Shown here in pieces: positions 40,801 through 49,025 of a stretch of DNA of 64,000 bases. The translations under genes were made by a program, and so were the position numbers. Every line of letters starts with the position of its first letter. Position 1 is the first letter of the stretch. Source of the stretch: Clostridia bacterium (lineage in GTDB: Bacteria > Bacillota > Clostridia > UBA1212 > DUPL01); assembly GCA_050951325.1 (NCBI GenBank), contig JBMNIW010000012.1, forward strand, positions 608,001 to 672,000, in the 5' to 3' direction. A model generated the notes under the pieces. It saw nothing but the letters and a program-made list of their open reading frames with translations, ran no database searches and was not told the origin of the DNA.

Positions 40801-43220
40801 GGAACAAGGAGGGAATCAATTACACAGTTCCAACAAGGGATTTGGTGTTCTACAACGGATATGGCGGTTTCTCAAAGGACAGCTATGGCATGTACAATGA
40901 GTATTTAATTGATGTTCTGTATTCTCAAAACCGCTTTATTACAACTCCAAGACCATGGATAAACACGATTACTGGGACCAATTTTGGATTTATTGTTTCA
41001 GAGAGCGGTTCTGGATCAGTTTGGCATATAAACAGTAGGGAAAACAGATTGACACCCTGGTACAACCAACTGGTCAGAGACCCTTCAGGGGAAACAATCT
41101 ATATTCAAAACATGAAAAATGGGGAGTACTTCTCTGCTACCCCAATGCCCTGTGGACACAATGTTTTGTTTGAGGTGCGCCATGGGCATGGATATTCAGT
41201 GTTTAATGGAAAGGCACCTGGTTTAAATACAGAGCTTGTGGTGTTCGCTGCTCAGACCAAACCCGTAAAGCTTTCTTTGCTTAGCATCACAAACACAACT
41301 GAGGAGGATATGCAATTGAGGCTGGTTTATTACGTAAGACCGGTTCTTGGAGACTATCTGTCCAAGCGCGGGTTTTACACCGTTACTTCTGTGGACGCTG
41401 AAAACGATGCTCTTCTAGCAAACAATTATAGAGTTGACAAGTTTGGAGAACTGACGGCTTTCATAAGCTCATCGTTGTCAATGGACGGCTATACGGGTGA
41501 TGATCTGGAGTTTAAAGGGATAAACGGAACGTTGGCCGCACCTGCTGCCCTGCTTCCAGAAAACAGCTTGTCTAACTCATGCGGGGCTGGCTTGTCACCC
41601 TGCATGGCGATGACAAGCAGCATATTGATAAAAGCAGGTGATACCTTCCAACTTGTGTATATGCTGGGTCAAACTAATTCAGATGAAGAACGTGTGGAGA
41701 TTATAAAGGAGTTCAAGAGTACGTTCAATGCAGGACAGGAACTAAACAGAGTAAAAGAGTACTGGCATAATTATGTAACCCAGGTTGTAGTTGATACACC
41801 AGACAAAGCCATGAACATTCTGATGAACGGCTGGCTGTTGTATCAGATCAAAGCATGCAGGCTGGAAGGAAGAACTGCCTTCTATCAGTCGGGTGGAGCT
41901 TTTGGTTTTAGAGATCAGCTTCAAGATTGCCTTGCATTGCTGCATGTCGACCCTGAGCGTGTGAAAAAGCAGATACTGCTACATGCATCAAGACAGTATG
42001 AGGAAGGAGATGTACAGCACTGGTGGCATGAACCATCCGGAGCAGGTATAAGAAGCAGGTACAGTGATGACCTCTTGTGGCTGCCTTACTGCGTTTACTA
42101 CTATTGCATGCACACACAGGATTACGACATTCTGAAAATTGAGGTTGCATATTTGAAAAGTCCTCCACTATCCGATGCGGAGCATGACAGATATGAAATA
42201 TGTGAAGTTTCGGAATTAAAGGAATCTTTGATAGATCATTGCATAAGAGCTATGAAGTTTGCATTGAAGCTTGGTAAACGCGGTCTTCCTCTAATGAGAG
42301 GCGGAGACTGGAATGATGGAATGAACAATGTGAAGGGAGAAAGCGTATGGCTTGCATGGTTCTTATGTACCGTAATGGACAACTTCAAGAAACTATGCAA
42401 GGCTGCTGGTATTTACTCTGACCACGATTTTGTTCAGTCCATTGACAGAATTACCAATGATATTGTCAAATCTATAGAAGAATACTGTTGGGACGGCAAT
42501 TGGTATGTCAGAGCATTTTTCGAGGATGGCACTCCTATCGGCAGCCATACATCGCCAGAGTGTTCAATAGACTCGTTGGCGCAATCGTGGAGTGTTATCA
42601 GTGGTAGAGGAGACAAAGAGCGTGCAGTCTCAGCATTGGAATCAGCGGTCAAAAGGCTTGTTGACTTTGACAAGGGGATTATAAAGCTTTTGACGCCTGC
42701 CTTTACTGGAGAGCACATGAATCCGGGATATATTGCGGCATATCCTCCGGGTATTAGAGAAAACGGTGCTCAGTATACCCATGGTTCAATCTGGCTTGCT
42801 AAAGCCTTGCTCGAATTTGGCTGGTATGATCAAGGTTACGAATTGTTAAATATTCTGAACCCGATAAACCATGCCAGAACACAGCAAGAAGTGAATATGT
42901 ATAAAAACGAGCCCTATGCTGTTTCTGCAGATATATATACAGATGATAAAAACATAGGGCTTGGTGGATGGAGTTTTTACACCGGTTCTGCCAGCTGGCT
43001 GTACAAGACAATGCTGGAAGACTTCCTGGGAATAACAAGAAGAGGAAACATGCTCATTGTTAATCCAAGAATACCGTCATCGTGGCCAGGTTATACAATC
43101 AGGTACAGATTTGGCAACACCGTATATCATATAGAAGTAAAGAATAAATCTAAAGCCAATATGGAATCGAAAACAATCCAGCTCGTTGATGACGGCAGTG
43201 AACACAAAATAACTATTTAG
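34851..43220 (+). CDS. Cyclic beta-1,2-glucan synthase (Cgs/NdvB: GT84 + cyclising domain + GH94)
   Basis: 2789 aa; GYERKRG, DADT, SHDLIEG, RLHRWTRGDWQL; TSPTNIG, GHLYNWYD, PWGVSES, MAHHLGM; GAFGFRDQLQD, GDWNDGMN, RENGAQYTH; RBS gaggagg. Confidence 0.92.
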   Translation: MIFKEVLGRDSFIKRAEMAAHSHHIKGKCKKWPRHLPKPQELKDVIENTYRRIASRYIEERSVAMPAEEWIADNYHFIKGQLNTFEDLGKQIKYLPMIERSDIKGYSELRIYSICSEIVEYTDGLVDEGAISDYLDSYQKISPLKTAELAVIAPMLRLALLNRIALVCKMTDRVTEERHESELMFNRYVNYIEGKGASNRALEKWISSVGDLSPVFAETILRLAAKWSDDTEQFRNILKRKLAGRGITLDELIAKEHKTRSALGVSVGNAITGLNNLTSIHWSALLKKLSIVEQILLKDPVDVFSKMGRQSRTYYVYLIDVYARRMGVSAESVAMTAIELASASSSPQHVGYYLYKEGYRDLKKAVSEKFKTRKPMFSIKPRGLQAGVMFLTSLAIFSVILGFLPLIYIIYAITRNYNGIVINLLLAAGLILPLLVIVQNIAIPILQKIFAKLYPPRPLPHMDFSSGIPDDCKVMCIIPAVIDSPERAKDLVRQLEILYLANREDNIYYSLVGDFKESPRQTEDMDRSIVKAAYDSVEELDKKYGVDNRFFFFYRERVFYEKENKYMGYERKRGAIIEFNNLLIGKSNSFKSNAKGDMPDIKYVLTIDADTFVPGGSIRQMVEIMEHPLNVPVVKDNVVVDGYGILQPSIVQGMSYKSPNFFTSCYSCQPGVDCYFSQTSDFYFDTCYEGIFTGKGMYNPALFNALLEDAFPDNSILSHDLIEGSYLRTAFASNIRFYDSFPGSYDSYVRRLHRWTRGDWQLLPFKKKTIIDKKGRKRKNPLNFLSIFKINANFIRSLLAPSVLLTYIIGMLALRSYFVFWHVLLAITMYLPFILSPSLGLLKQCTLRIVFLPHEAYVMADSIVRTLWRVYVSRKNLLSWVTSADSEKLTKGSFAYYCKNMWFSFIAAIIIPGITTPIWFFAPFVAKIISNNKCDKVVDEAENRRNRSIGILSRKIWAFYEDYAGKQDNYLPPDNVQFEPVYSIAHRTSPTNIGYLILSCVIAYNMGYITFCNMIERLENIMNTIDRMEKWKGHLYNWYDTISLVPLTPIFVSTVDSGNLMAALLCSAQIIRETVERHDSEDNKLYRDKVITSQAHGLLDLINTLNEYADVERKVDKEAVESFLNNSEKTIEEWNYVLSHYNSDSNFENVNQNESTKAFALRVKLKDAVSAFIEELNIDSISICRDRANEIIKRMEDLALGFDFKPLYNEQKQLFSVGYSLNERRRSGAHYDIVASEARLTSYLAIAKGDVGYEHFFKMARRYSEETGVLLSWAGTTFEYLLPEAFFKVCEDSLWRKVCDIAVEIQMEYGKEYGIPWGVSESCFNAMEVNMNFKYKAFGVPELGIRRNHNTERVVSPYSSLMAIDRKPDEVIKNLERFKEVGAYGIYGYCEAVDYTQGRMGVVKSFMAHHLGMSFAAIANFALDDLIRENFSAIPLVESCKWLLTEKMPCKHLRKWKLVSGNHILGFLTKKAYIGNRKAYDDRQNDKKDRYNELGTQENHECNHAADLREITSFGGALPDCHLLSNGNYHVMITADGVGYSKCGEIGITRWFGGIEREIVGFFIYVRVRETGEVFSLTYNPVAKKADKQVVYFYNDRALFKRRDGDLESELEIFVSPEENAEIRRVKFTSNSEQNLHLEVTCVCELTMTSWMSHQSHPAYSDLMIVTEANPSEYTLIAKRKYKDEPSNLTYACMVASSKSGDISAFSYDTDFLTFMGRNRDYENPKSMEANAPLSGNHGAVITPCFSMRCMISVPAGESDTLAFTLGYAESRDAIYEIVDKFRNIRNTERALSLAETRCVIEQEYVEVLPGERKAFLSTLSHIVFMSPVRILFSGAISRGQDIVASLWELGISGDNPIVTVFAQKIENYNFLERMIRMWRFFSFRGFVLDLAIITEEGGEYVSSQKDAAESLAAKALAGSYHVRGNIYVIQPMEKNRRALECLLAASCIVLKPSSQSQENAKAVAGKEKLYRNMIMAGNEFALRNKEGINYTVPTRDLVFYNGYGGFSKDSYGMYNEYLIDVLYSQNRFITTPRPWINTITGTNFGFIVSESGSGSVWHINSRENRLTPWYNQLVRDPSGETIYIQNMKNGEYFSATPMPCGHNVLFEVRHGHGYSVFNGKAPGLNTELVVFAAQTKPVKLSLLSITNTTEEDMQLRLVYYVRPVLGDYLSKRGFYTVTSVDAENDALLANNYRVDKFGELTAFISSSLSMDGYTGDDLEFKGINGTLAAPAALLPENSLSNSCGAGLSPCMAMTSSILIKAGDTFQLVYMLGQTNSDEERVEIIKEFKSTFNAGQELNRVKEYWHNYVTQVVVDTPDKAMNILMNGWLLYQIKACRLEGRTAFYQSGGAFGFRDQLQDCLALLHVDPERVKKQILLHASRQYEEGDVQHWWHEPSGAGIRSRYSDDLLWLPYCVYYYCMHTQDYDILKIEVAYLKSPPLSDAEHDRYEICEVSELKESLIDHCIRAMKFALKLGKRGLPLMRGGDWNDGMNNVKGESVWLAWFLCTVMDNFKKLCKAAGIYSDHDFVQSIDRITNDIVKSIEEYCWDGNWYVRAFFEDGTPIGSHTSPECSIDSLAQSWSVISGRGDKERAVSALESAVKRLVDFDKGIIKLLTPAFTGEHMNPGYIAAYPPGIRENGAQYTHGSIWLAKALLEFGWYDQGYELLNILNPINHARTQQEVNMYKNEPYAVSADIYTDDKNIGLGGWSFYTGSASWLYKTMLEDFLGITRRGNMLIVNPRIPSSWPGYTIRYRFGNTVYHIEVKNKSKANMESKTIQLVDDGSEHKITI

Positions 43221-44488
43221 TTGTTTGAGTAGAATACTTTGAAAAGTTTGTGTATCATAAACGGATCCTTGGAACCGCCAAGTTCCCTTGCAGAATGCAT
43301 GGAAAGCATGGGACTACCAATGTCTACCGCTGTAATTCCATATTCAGCTGATAGCATAGGTCCTATTGTTCCCCCGCCTCTTACATCGCTTCTATTTGCA
43401 TACTCCTGCAAGGGAATATCATTCTTCTTGCAAAGAGTCTTAATATAAGCAGTTGCTTTTGCATTGGATGCATAGGATTGGTTTGAGTTGTGTTTAAGCA
43501 CAGGGCCCTTATTCAAGCAAACATGCATGTGTGGATCGTTTTTATCTGGGTAAGCAGGATGTGCTGCATGTGCCATGTCGCCGGATATGAGAAACGATTT
43601 GAAAAGTGCAATGTATTTCTTCTCCTTGGACATGTCAAAGCTTTCAAAAATCCTGTCAAGAATCATATCGAGAAAATTGGACCTAGCACCCCTGTCACTG
43701 AGTGAGCCGCATTCTTCGTGGTCGAAGGCTACAGCGATGGCGTTTTCCATCATATTATCGCATGACTCTATAAAACCGGTAAAAATACTATATACCATGG
43801 ACAGATCATCAAGTCTTGGAGAGGAGATAAACTCCTTGTTCAAGCCTACGAATGTTCCAGGAGATGCATCGTAAGTCATTAAATCAAAACTTAATACATC
43901 ATCCTCGGTACAATTTGCTTCCTTTGCAAGAAGACTAATAAATGCCTGCCCATTATCTTCCTGCGCAAACAGCGGTGACAATTCATTTTGGATGTTGAAC
44001 TTAACGTTTTCATTTACCTCCCTGTTCATATGGATAGCAAGACTTGGAATTATGGCTATGGGTTCCGAAATGTTTATATAAACCTTTCGGATTGAATCTT
44101 TCTCTTTAACATAGACAACACCAGCTAGTCCTAGCGGCCTGTCAAGCCATGAGTAAAGTATGCTGCCACCGTAACCTTCAACATTAAGAAGTTCATAGCC
44201 ACCTTTAATGAATGACGATGTCGGCTTAATTCTAAAACAAGGCGAATCTGTATGTGCGGCAGCAATCTTAAAGCCTTTTTCCAAATCACTGCTTAGGTAA
44301 AAGGCTGCAATGGATGTGTCTTTGTTGACAACATAATATAGTTTGCCTTGTTCAAGTTCCCAGCTGGATTCAACATCCAGCCCTATGGCATTCTTTTTAT
44401 CAAGCATGTCCTTAAGTTTATTGACCGCATGGTAAGGTGTAGGCGATCCGTTTATATATTCCAACATGGATTGTGCATACGAGTTCAT
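43217..44488 (-). CDS. M18 aspartyl aminopeptidase
   Basis: AHTDSP, RLDDL, DHEECGS, DMAHAAHP, MHSARE; RBS ggaggt before ATG 44488. Confidence 0.93.
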   Translation of the reverse strand: MNSYAQSMLEYINGSPTPYHAVNKLKDMLDKKNAIGLDVESSWELEQGKLYYVVNKDTSIAAFYLSSDLEKGFKIAAAHTDSPCFRIKPTSSFIKGGYELLNVEGYGGSILYSWLDRPLGLAGVVYVKEKDSIRKVYINISEPIAIIPSLAIHMNREVNENVKFNIQNELSPLFAQEDNGQAFISLLAKEANCTEDDVLSFDLMTYDASPGTFVGLNKEFISSPRLDDLSMVYSIFTGFIESCDNMMENAIAVAFDHEECGSLSDRGARSNFLDMILDRIFESFDMSKEKKYIALFKSFLISGDMAHAAHPAYPDKNDPHMHVCLNKGPVLKHNSNQSYASNAKATAYIKTLCKKNDIPLQEYANRSDVRGGGTIGPMLSAEYGITAVDIGSPMLSMHSARELGGSKDPFMIHKLFKVFYSNN

Positions 44489-44652
44489 AAATACCTCCGA
44501 GTAAAATGATATATCAAGTCTAGTATACATGAATTTTGCTTTGTCCACAAACGTAAACAATATGTGTTAATATTAATAAACTGGTCTGAGCAAAGTCTAC
44601 AAATGTAGACAAGTTATTTGCGTAAAGATATAATAGGTAAAAAAAGAATAGG

Positions 44653-45363
44653 ATGATTGGATTGAACATTGCAGTCGTTTTGGCTGGTGGAACAGGTCAA
44701 AGAGTTGGCGGTGATATGCCAAAACAATTTATGGATATAAACGGTATTCCAATGATTATAAGAACAATAAAAGCCTTTGAAGAACATGATGAAATAGACA
44801 TGATTCTTGTAGTTTGTCTTGAAGAGTGGAACGGTAAGCTATGCAGTTTGCTGGACAAGTATAATGTTATGAAGGTCAAGCAAATTGTCGGTCAAGGAAA
44901 TACAAGGAGAGAATCATCATTTAATGCAATAAAAGCATTAAATGATGTGTGTAAAGACGATGATATTATCCTTATACATGACGCTGCAAGGCCAAATTTA
45001 TCGTATAAAATTATCGCAGAGAATATAAGAATGGCAAAAAACACGGGAGCATGCGAAACGGTTATTCCGGTTCAGGATACCATTGTTGTCAGTATGGATG
45101 GTTTACATGCTCATGAAAAACCATCAAGAGACAAGCTGTATATCGTTCAAACACCTCAGAGCTTTAAGTACTCTATAATCAGGCATGCCCATAACTACTA
45201 TTTGGAAAGTAAAAGGAATGAGTTAAAAGTGCCCGATATAACAGACGACACAGGATTGCTTCTTTTTGCAAACATTCCTGTTTCTTTAGTAGAGGGAGAC
45301 AAGTTCAATATCAAGGTTACATCACCTGAAGACTTTGTTTTAATGGAAGCTATAATAAAATAG
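44653..45363 (+). CDS. IspD/TarI family cytidylyltransferase
   Basis: LAGGTGQRVG..PKQF, IHDAARP, QTPQSF, TDD, NIKVTSPED. Confidence 0.9.
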   Translation: MIGLNIAVVLAGGTGQRVGGDMPKQFMDINGIPMIIRTIKAFEEHDEIDMILVVCLEEWNGKLCSLLDKYNVMKVKQIVGQGNTRRESSFNAIKALNDVCKDDDIILIHDAARPNLSYKIIAENIRMAKNTGACETVIPVQDTIVVSMDGLHAHEKPSRDKLYIVQTPQSFKYSIIRHAHNYYLESKRNELKVPDITDDTGLLLFANIPVSLVEGDKFNIKVTSPEDFVLMEAIIK

Positions 45364-45663
45364 GAATTTAAATATGCTAAAAAATCATATTTTTAATATT
45401 GGGAAATAGACAGATTCTGTAAAAGGCGTGTTTTATGCCAAACTGTCAACTGCAGACATGTAATCAAGCTTATAAACTTGCCTGTTTTATCTAAACCTAG
45501 AAGACATCTTACATATAATTACACTAAACGGGAAATAAGCCCAACATGGACACCTGATTGAATTTGTGGTAATCTTCACATGCTTAATACTCGGAGCAAC
45601 ATCTGCAGTCTAGCTATAGCACCAACTGTCACAAGGCAAAAATTTTTAACAGGAGGCTGTAAG

Positions 45664-46620
45664 TTGCGACGTCCAAAAAGTGTGTTTCATGAAACGTATC
45701 ATATTGTTAACAGAGGCTTTGGCGGTATAAATATTTTTAGAAATGACAAAGACAAGAACAAATACCTTGACTTGCTTGCAAAAGGAGCTGAAAAGTACAG
45801 TGTGGACATTATTGCCTATTGTCTTATGGACAACCACTACCACTTGTGTGTCAGCTCCAGGAATGAAGAGTATGCAGATATATCAAGTTTTCTTAGATAT
45901 GCAAATTCTCAATATGTAAGATACTTCAACAAAACAAGCGAGCCAGATGAAGAAGGAGATCCGAGAGCGGGTTCCCTATTCGGAACACCCTACAAGGCAG
46001 TTCCTGTCAACGACGAGTTTCAATTGGAAGCGTTGATTGCATACATACACAACAACCCTGCACCCATGGGTGTTGATGTAAAAGAATACAAGTACAGCAG
46101 TTATCACAGATATCTTAACGTTGCAAGTGGGAGAAAAACTGCAGAGGTAGAAAATGAAAAAGGGCTTGTTCTTAAGTTTTCTTTAATTAAAAATTATACT
46201 GAAGAAGAACTAATAGAGCTAACAAAGAAAAGCAGCAAGTACAAATTTTGCGAAGGTAAGGAGAGTTACATCGGGAAGAACTACGTTACCGATGAACTTC
46301 TAATAGACGAGATTGAGTATTATTATGAAATGAGTATAAGTGAAATAAACAAGTTAAAAGGCGAAGAAAAATTGGAAATTTTATTTGAAATAAGTAAGAT
46401 GCCAGGCGTGTCAAAAAAGCAAATAGCAAGAGTGTTTTCTATTGATTATCATTACCTGTGCAGGATTCTTAGAATGTTTCAACAATACATAAATAAGTCC
46501 AGTAATGGCAAAAAGGATGATTTTGGTAGTGGTGAAGTGAGAAAAGCAAGTATAAGTAAAGAAATCGATGTAAAATATAAGATGGGTGATTTGCATAGAG
46601 GATCGTCAAATGATCCGTAA
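45664..46620 (+). mobile_element. RAYT-like Y1 HUH transposase/nuclease with C-terminal HTH
   Basis: RBS aggagg + TTG 45664; YHIVNRG, AYCLMDNHYHL (HUH), YVRYFN..GSLF, YIHNNP (catalytic Tyr), YKYSSY; SKKQIARVF HTH-like. Confidence 0.88.
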
Positions 46621-46647
46621 CTTATCTGCATATTGGTATGTATATGC

Positions 46648-46670
46648 GCAAGGCAGTATGACTACCTTGC
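46648..46670. terminator. Hairpin between convergent genes
   Basis: gcaaggcagt-atg-actaccttgc. Confidence 0.55.
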
Positions 46671-46678
46671 TTGATTTA

Positions 46679-47116
46679 TTATTGCGCAAATTGGGAACTT
46701 GAAGGCTGTGATATATTTTTCAGAGCTTGTTCTGCGTTGTCGCTGAGTTTTGGCTCAACAGAAATGTCTCCCAAAGAAACAATACCGACAAGACGATCGT
46801 TTGAAACAACAGGAAGTCTTCTTACTTGTTTCACACTCATAATCCTTGCAGCCTCATGAACGTCTATTTCAGGAGTAGCTGTGACAGGATTTAGTGTCAT
46901 AATATCCTTTACTGTTAGAGAGTTAACGTCTTTTCCAACAGCTATTGATCGCAATACAATATCTCTGTCGGTGAGTATTCCAATAACTTTCTGGTCGTCC
47001 ATGCAAACAGGGACAGCACCAATTCCATGCTGTTTCATTAGTTCAGCAGCTTTTTTTACTGATTCATTTTGGTCAACACTTATAACATTCGTTGTCATGA
47101 TTTCATTTAACTTCAT
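46679..47116 (-). CDS. CBS-pair protein (YhcV-like)
   Basis: AAELMKQHGIGAVPV, GILTDRDIV, QVRRLPVV, GIVSLGD; RBS ggaggtg. Confidence 0.9.
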   Translation of the reverse strand: MKLNEIMTTNVISVDQNESVKKAAELMKQHGIGAVPVCMDDQKVIGILTDRDIVLRSIAVGKDVNSLTVKDIMTLNPVTATPEIDVHEAARIMSVKQVRRLPVVSNDRLVGIVSLGDISVEPKLSDNAEQALKNISQPSSSQFAQ

Positions 47117-47264
47117 TCTCAACACCTCCGATATTATGTTAACCCTTAATTTGTTTTTCATAGCTAGCATATTTTGATATTTTGACAAGATGCTCGGACC
47201 ACTTTACTTGCTCAAAAATAAAACCGGACATGTAGCCCGGTTTGCCAAAGTTCAGATGTTTTTA

Positions 47265-48212
47265 TCAAAACGCTTTTTGGATGTCACTCAACATTACTGC
47301 CATTGTATTCAGTCCACCGCTCGCTAGGTACCAAGCATCAGGATCAAGGTAAACAATCATATTTTCTTTGGCTGCGTTTGTCGATTTGACCAAATCGTTG
47401 TTCAGAGTATCGCTGGCTTTAACGGTTCCTCCAACCACAACAGTGCGGTCAACTACAAAGATAATATCAGGATTAACCTGTGCAATATACTCAAAGCTTG
47501 CGGATTGTCCGTGAGTTGAAGTTTCAATTGTGTCGTCGGCAGTTTTTATTTTCAGCACATCATGAATCAGACCAAAACGTGAACCTTTGCCATAAACACT
47601 AATATTGCCATCGTTGGTAAGAAGAGTAAGTGCTTTCTTTTCTGAATTATCAGCTTTTAATTTCAAATATTCAATCGTGGCGTCAATTTCATTTATATGA
47701 TCGTCGGCTTTGTTGCTCAGACCGAGTATTGAAGCTATGTTCTGAGTATTTTGCTTGAAGTCTTCCATAAATGCTTCTGGTCTCAAATCAACAAACATCG
47801 TTGGGGCTATTTCTGTTAGTTGTTCATAGTAGTCTTGCTGTCTTGTTCCAATTATAATAACGTCGGGTTCGAAATTGAATATGGCTTCCAAGTCGGGCTC
47901 AAAAAGTGTACCCATATCCTTGGCGTTTTTATACTTGGATAAACTAGTGGGTATGTTGCTGGTTGGAACACCCAGATCAACCTCAGCACCAAGTGCATCT
48001 ATTGTATCTAAAGCGCCCATATCGAATACAACAACTTTTCTGGCGACCTTGTTTATAGTAAATTCACCTTTGTTATGTATTACTTTGATTTGTGTATTTC
48101 CGTTATTATCACCATCATCGGTCTCTACAGGTGGGTTGAAAAGATAACCGCATCCTGTCAAGACAACAAGAGTCAGCGACATTACCATCAATATCATAAA
48201 TAACTTTTTCAT
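47265..48212 (-). CDS. Siderophore ABC substrate-binding lipoprotein (YclQ/FatB-like)
   Basis: LTGC lipobox, GTLFEPDLE, GSRFG..HD, STHGQ, YLASGG. Confidence 0.9.
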   Translation of the reverse strand: MKKLFMILMVMSLTLVVLTGCGYLFNPPVETDDGDNNGNTQIKVIHNKGEFTINKVARKVVVFDMGALDTIDALGAEVDLGVPTSNIPTSLSKYKNAKDMGTLFEPDLEAIFNFEPDVIIIGTRQQDYYEQLTEIAPTMFVDLRPEAFMEDFKQNTQNIASILGLSNKADDHINEIDATIEYLKLKADNSEKKALTLLTNDGNISVYGKGSRFGLIHDVLKIKTADDTIETSTHGQSASFEYIAQVNPDIIFVVDRTVVVGGTVKASDTLNNDLVKSTNAAKENMIVYLDPDAWYLASGGLNTMAVMLSDIQKAF

Positions 48213-48266
48213 ATTAAAATTTCCTCCTCAATTTTGTACTCTGTTTGAATCATGCAATATGCATAG

Positions 48267-49025
48267 CTAGTTGTAATACAAACATATTGGTTTTCCATTC
48301 ACACTCTGCACATCTATATCCATGCCGTAGATTTCTTTCAGTACCTCTTTCGTGATAATTTCATCAGTATATCCTTGACTCACCACCTTGCCGTCCTTCA
48401 TGGCTATTATGTAGTCTGAGTAATATGCGATGAAGTTTATGTCATGGATTACAACCATGATGGTCTTGTTCATCTCATCAACAAGTTTGCGGAGCCCTTT
48501 CATTATTTGTACTGAGTGCCTCATATCCAGGTTGTTAAGTGGCTCATCAAGAAAAACATACTCCGTATCCTGGGCTATTATCATAGCTATGTATGCCATT
48601 TGCCTTTGACCTCCGCTCAGCTCGTCGATATTGCGGTGCTGGATATTATCCAAACTTAAGAAAGAAAGTGCTTTGTCGATAATCTCGTTGTCTTTCTTTG
48701 TCAAACGACCTTTTGAATATGGGAACCTTCCAAAACTTATAAGTTCTCTCACTGTTAGCCTGATATTTAGGTGGTTTGACTGCTTTAATATGGAAATACG
48801 TTTAGACAGCTCGTTATTATTCCATTGCTGGAGTTCCTTGTTGTCTACATAAACACATCCTTCAGTTTTGGGAACAATCCTGCTCATAAGTGAAATCAGA
48901 GTGCTTTTGCCAGCACCATTTGCACCTATAAATGCAATCATCTTTCCTTTTGGAAGGTTTAGACTTACATTGTTCAAAACAACCTTTTCGCCGTAAGATT
49001 TAACTAAATTCTCAGATCTAATCAT
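48267..49025 (-). CDS. Siderophore ABC ATPase (YclP-like)
   Basis: GANGAGKST, FGRFPYSKGRL, LSGGQRQ, LDEPLNNLD. Confidence 0.92.
   Translation of the reverse strand: MIRSENLVKSYGEKVVLNNVSLNLPKGKMIAFIGANGAGKSTLISLMSRIVPKTEGCVYVDNKELQQWNNNELSKRISILKQSNHLNIRLTVRELISFGRFPYSKGRLTKKDNEIIDKALSFLSLDNIQHRNIDELSGGQRQMAYIAMIIAQDTEYVFLDEPLNNLDMRHSVQIMKGLRKLVDEMNKTIMVVIHDINFIAYYSDYIIAMKDGKVVSQGYTDEIITKEVLKEIYGMDIDVQSVNGKPICLYYN

Noticed and set aside
16180-46670. Similar aaggca(g)...ct(a/g)cctt hairpins at 16180, 23030 and 46648 as a REP family of the RAYT
   Set aside because: The shared core is only about 6-7 nt, loops differ, and all lie right after stop codons as ordinary terminators.
47131-47165. SigG promoter for the CBS gene (CATAATA -10 on minus strand)
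   Set aside because: The -35 element is too weak to call.
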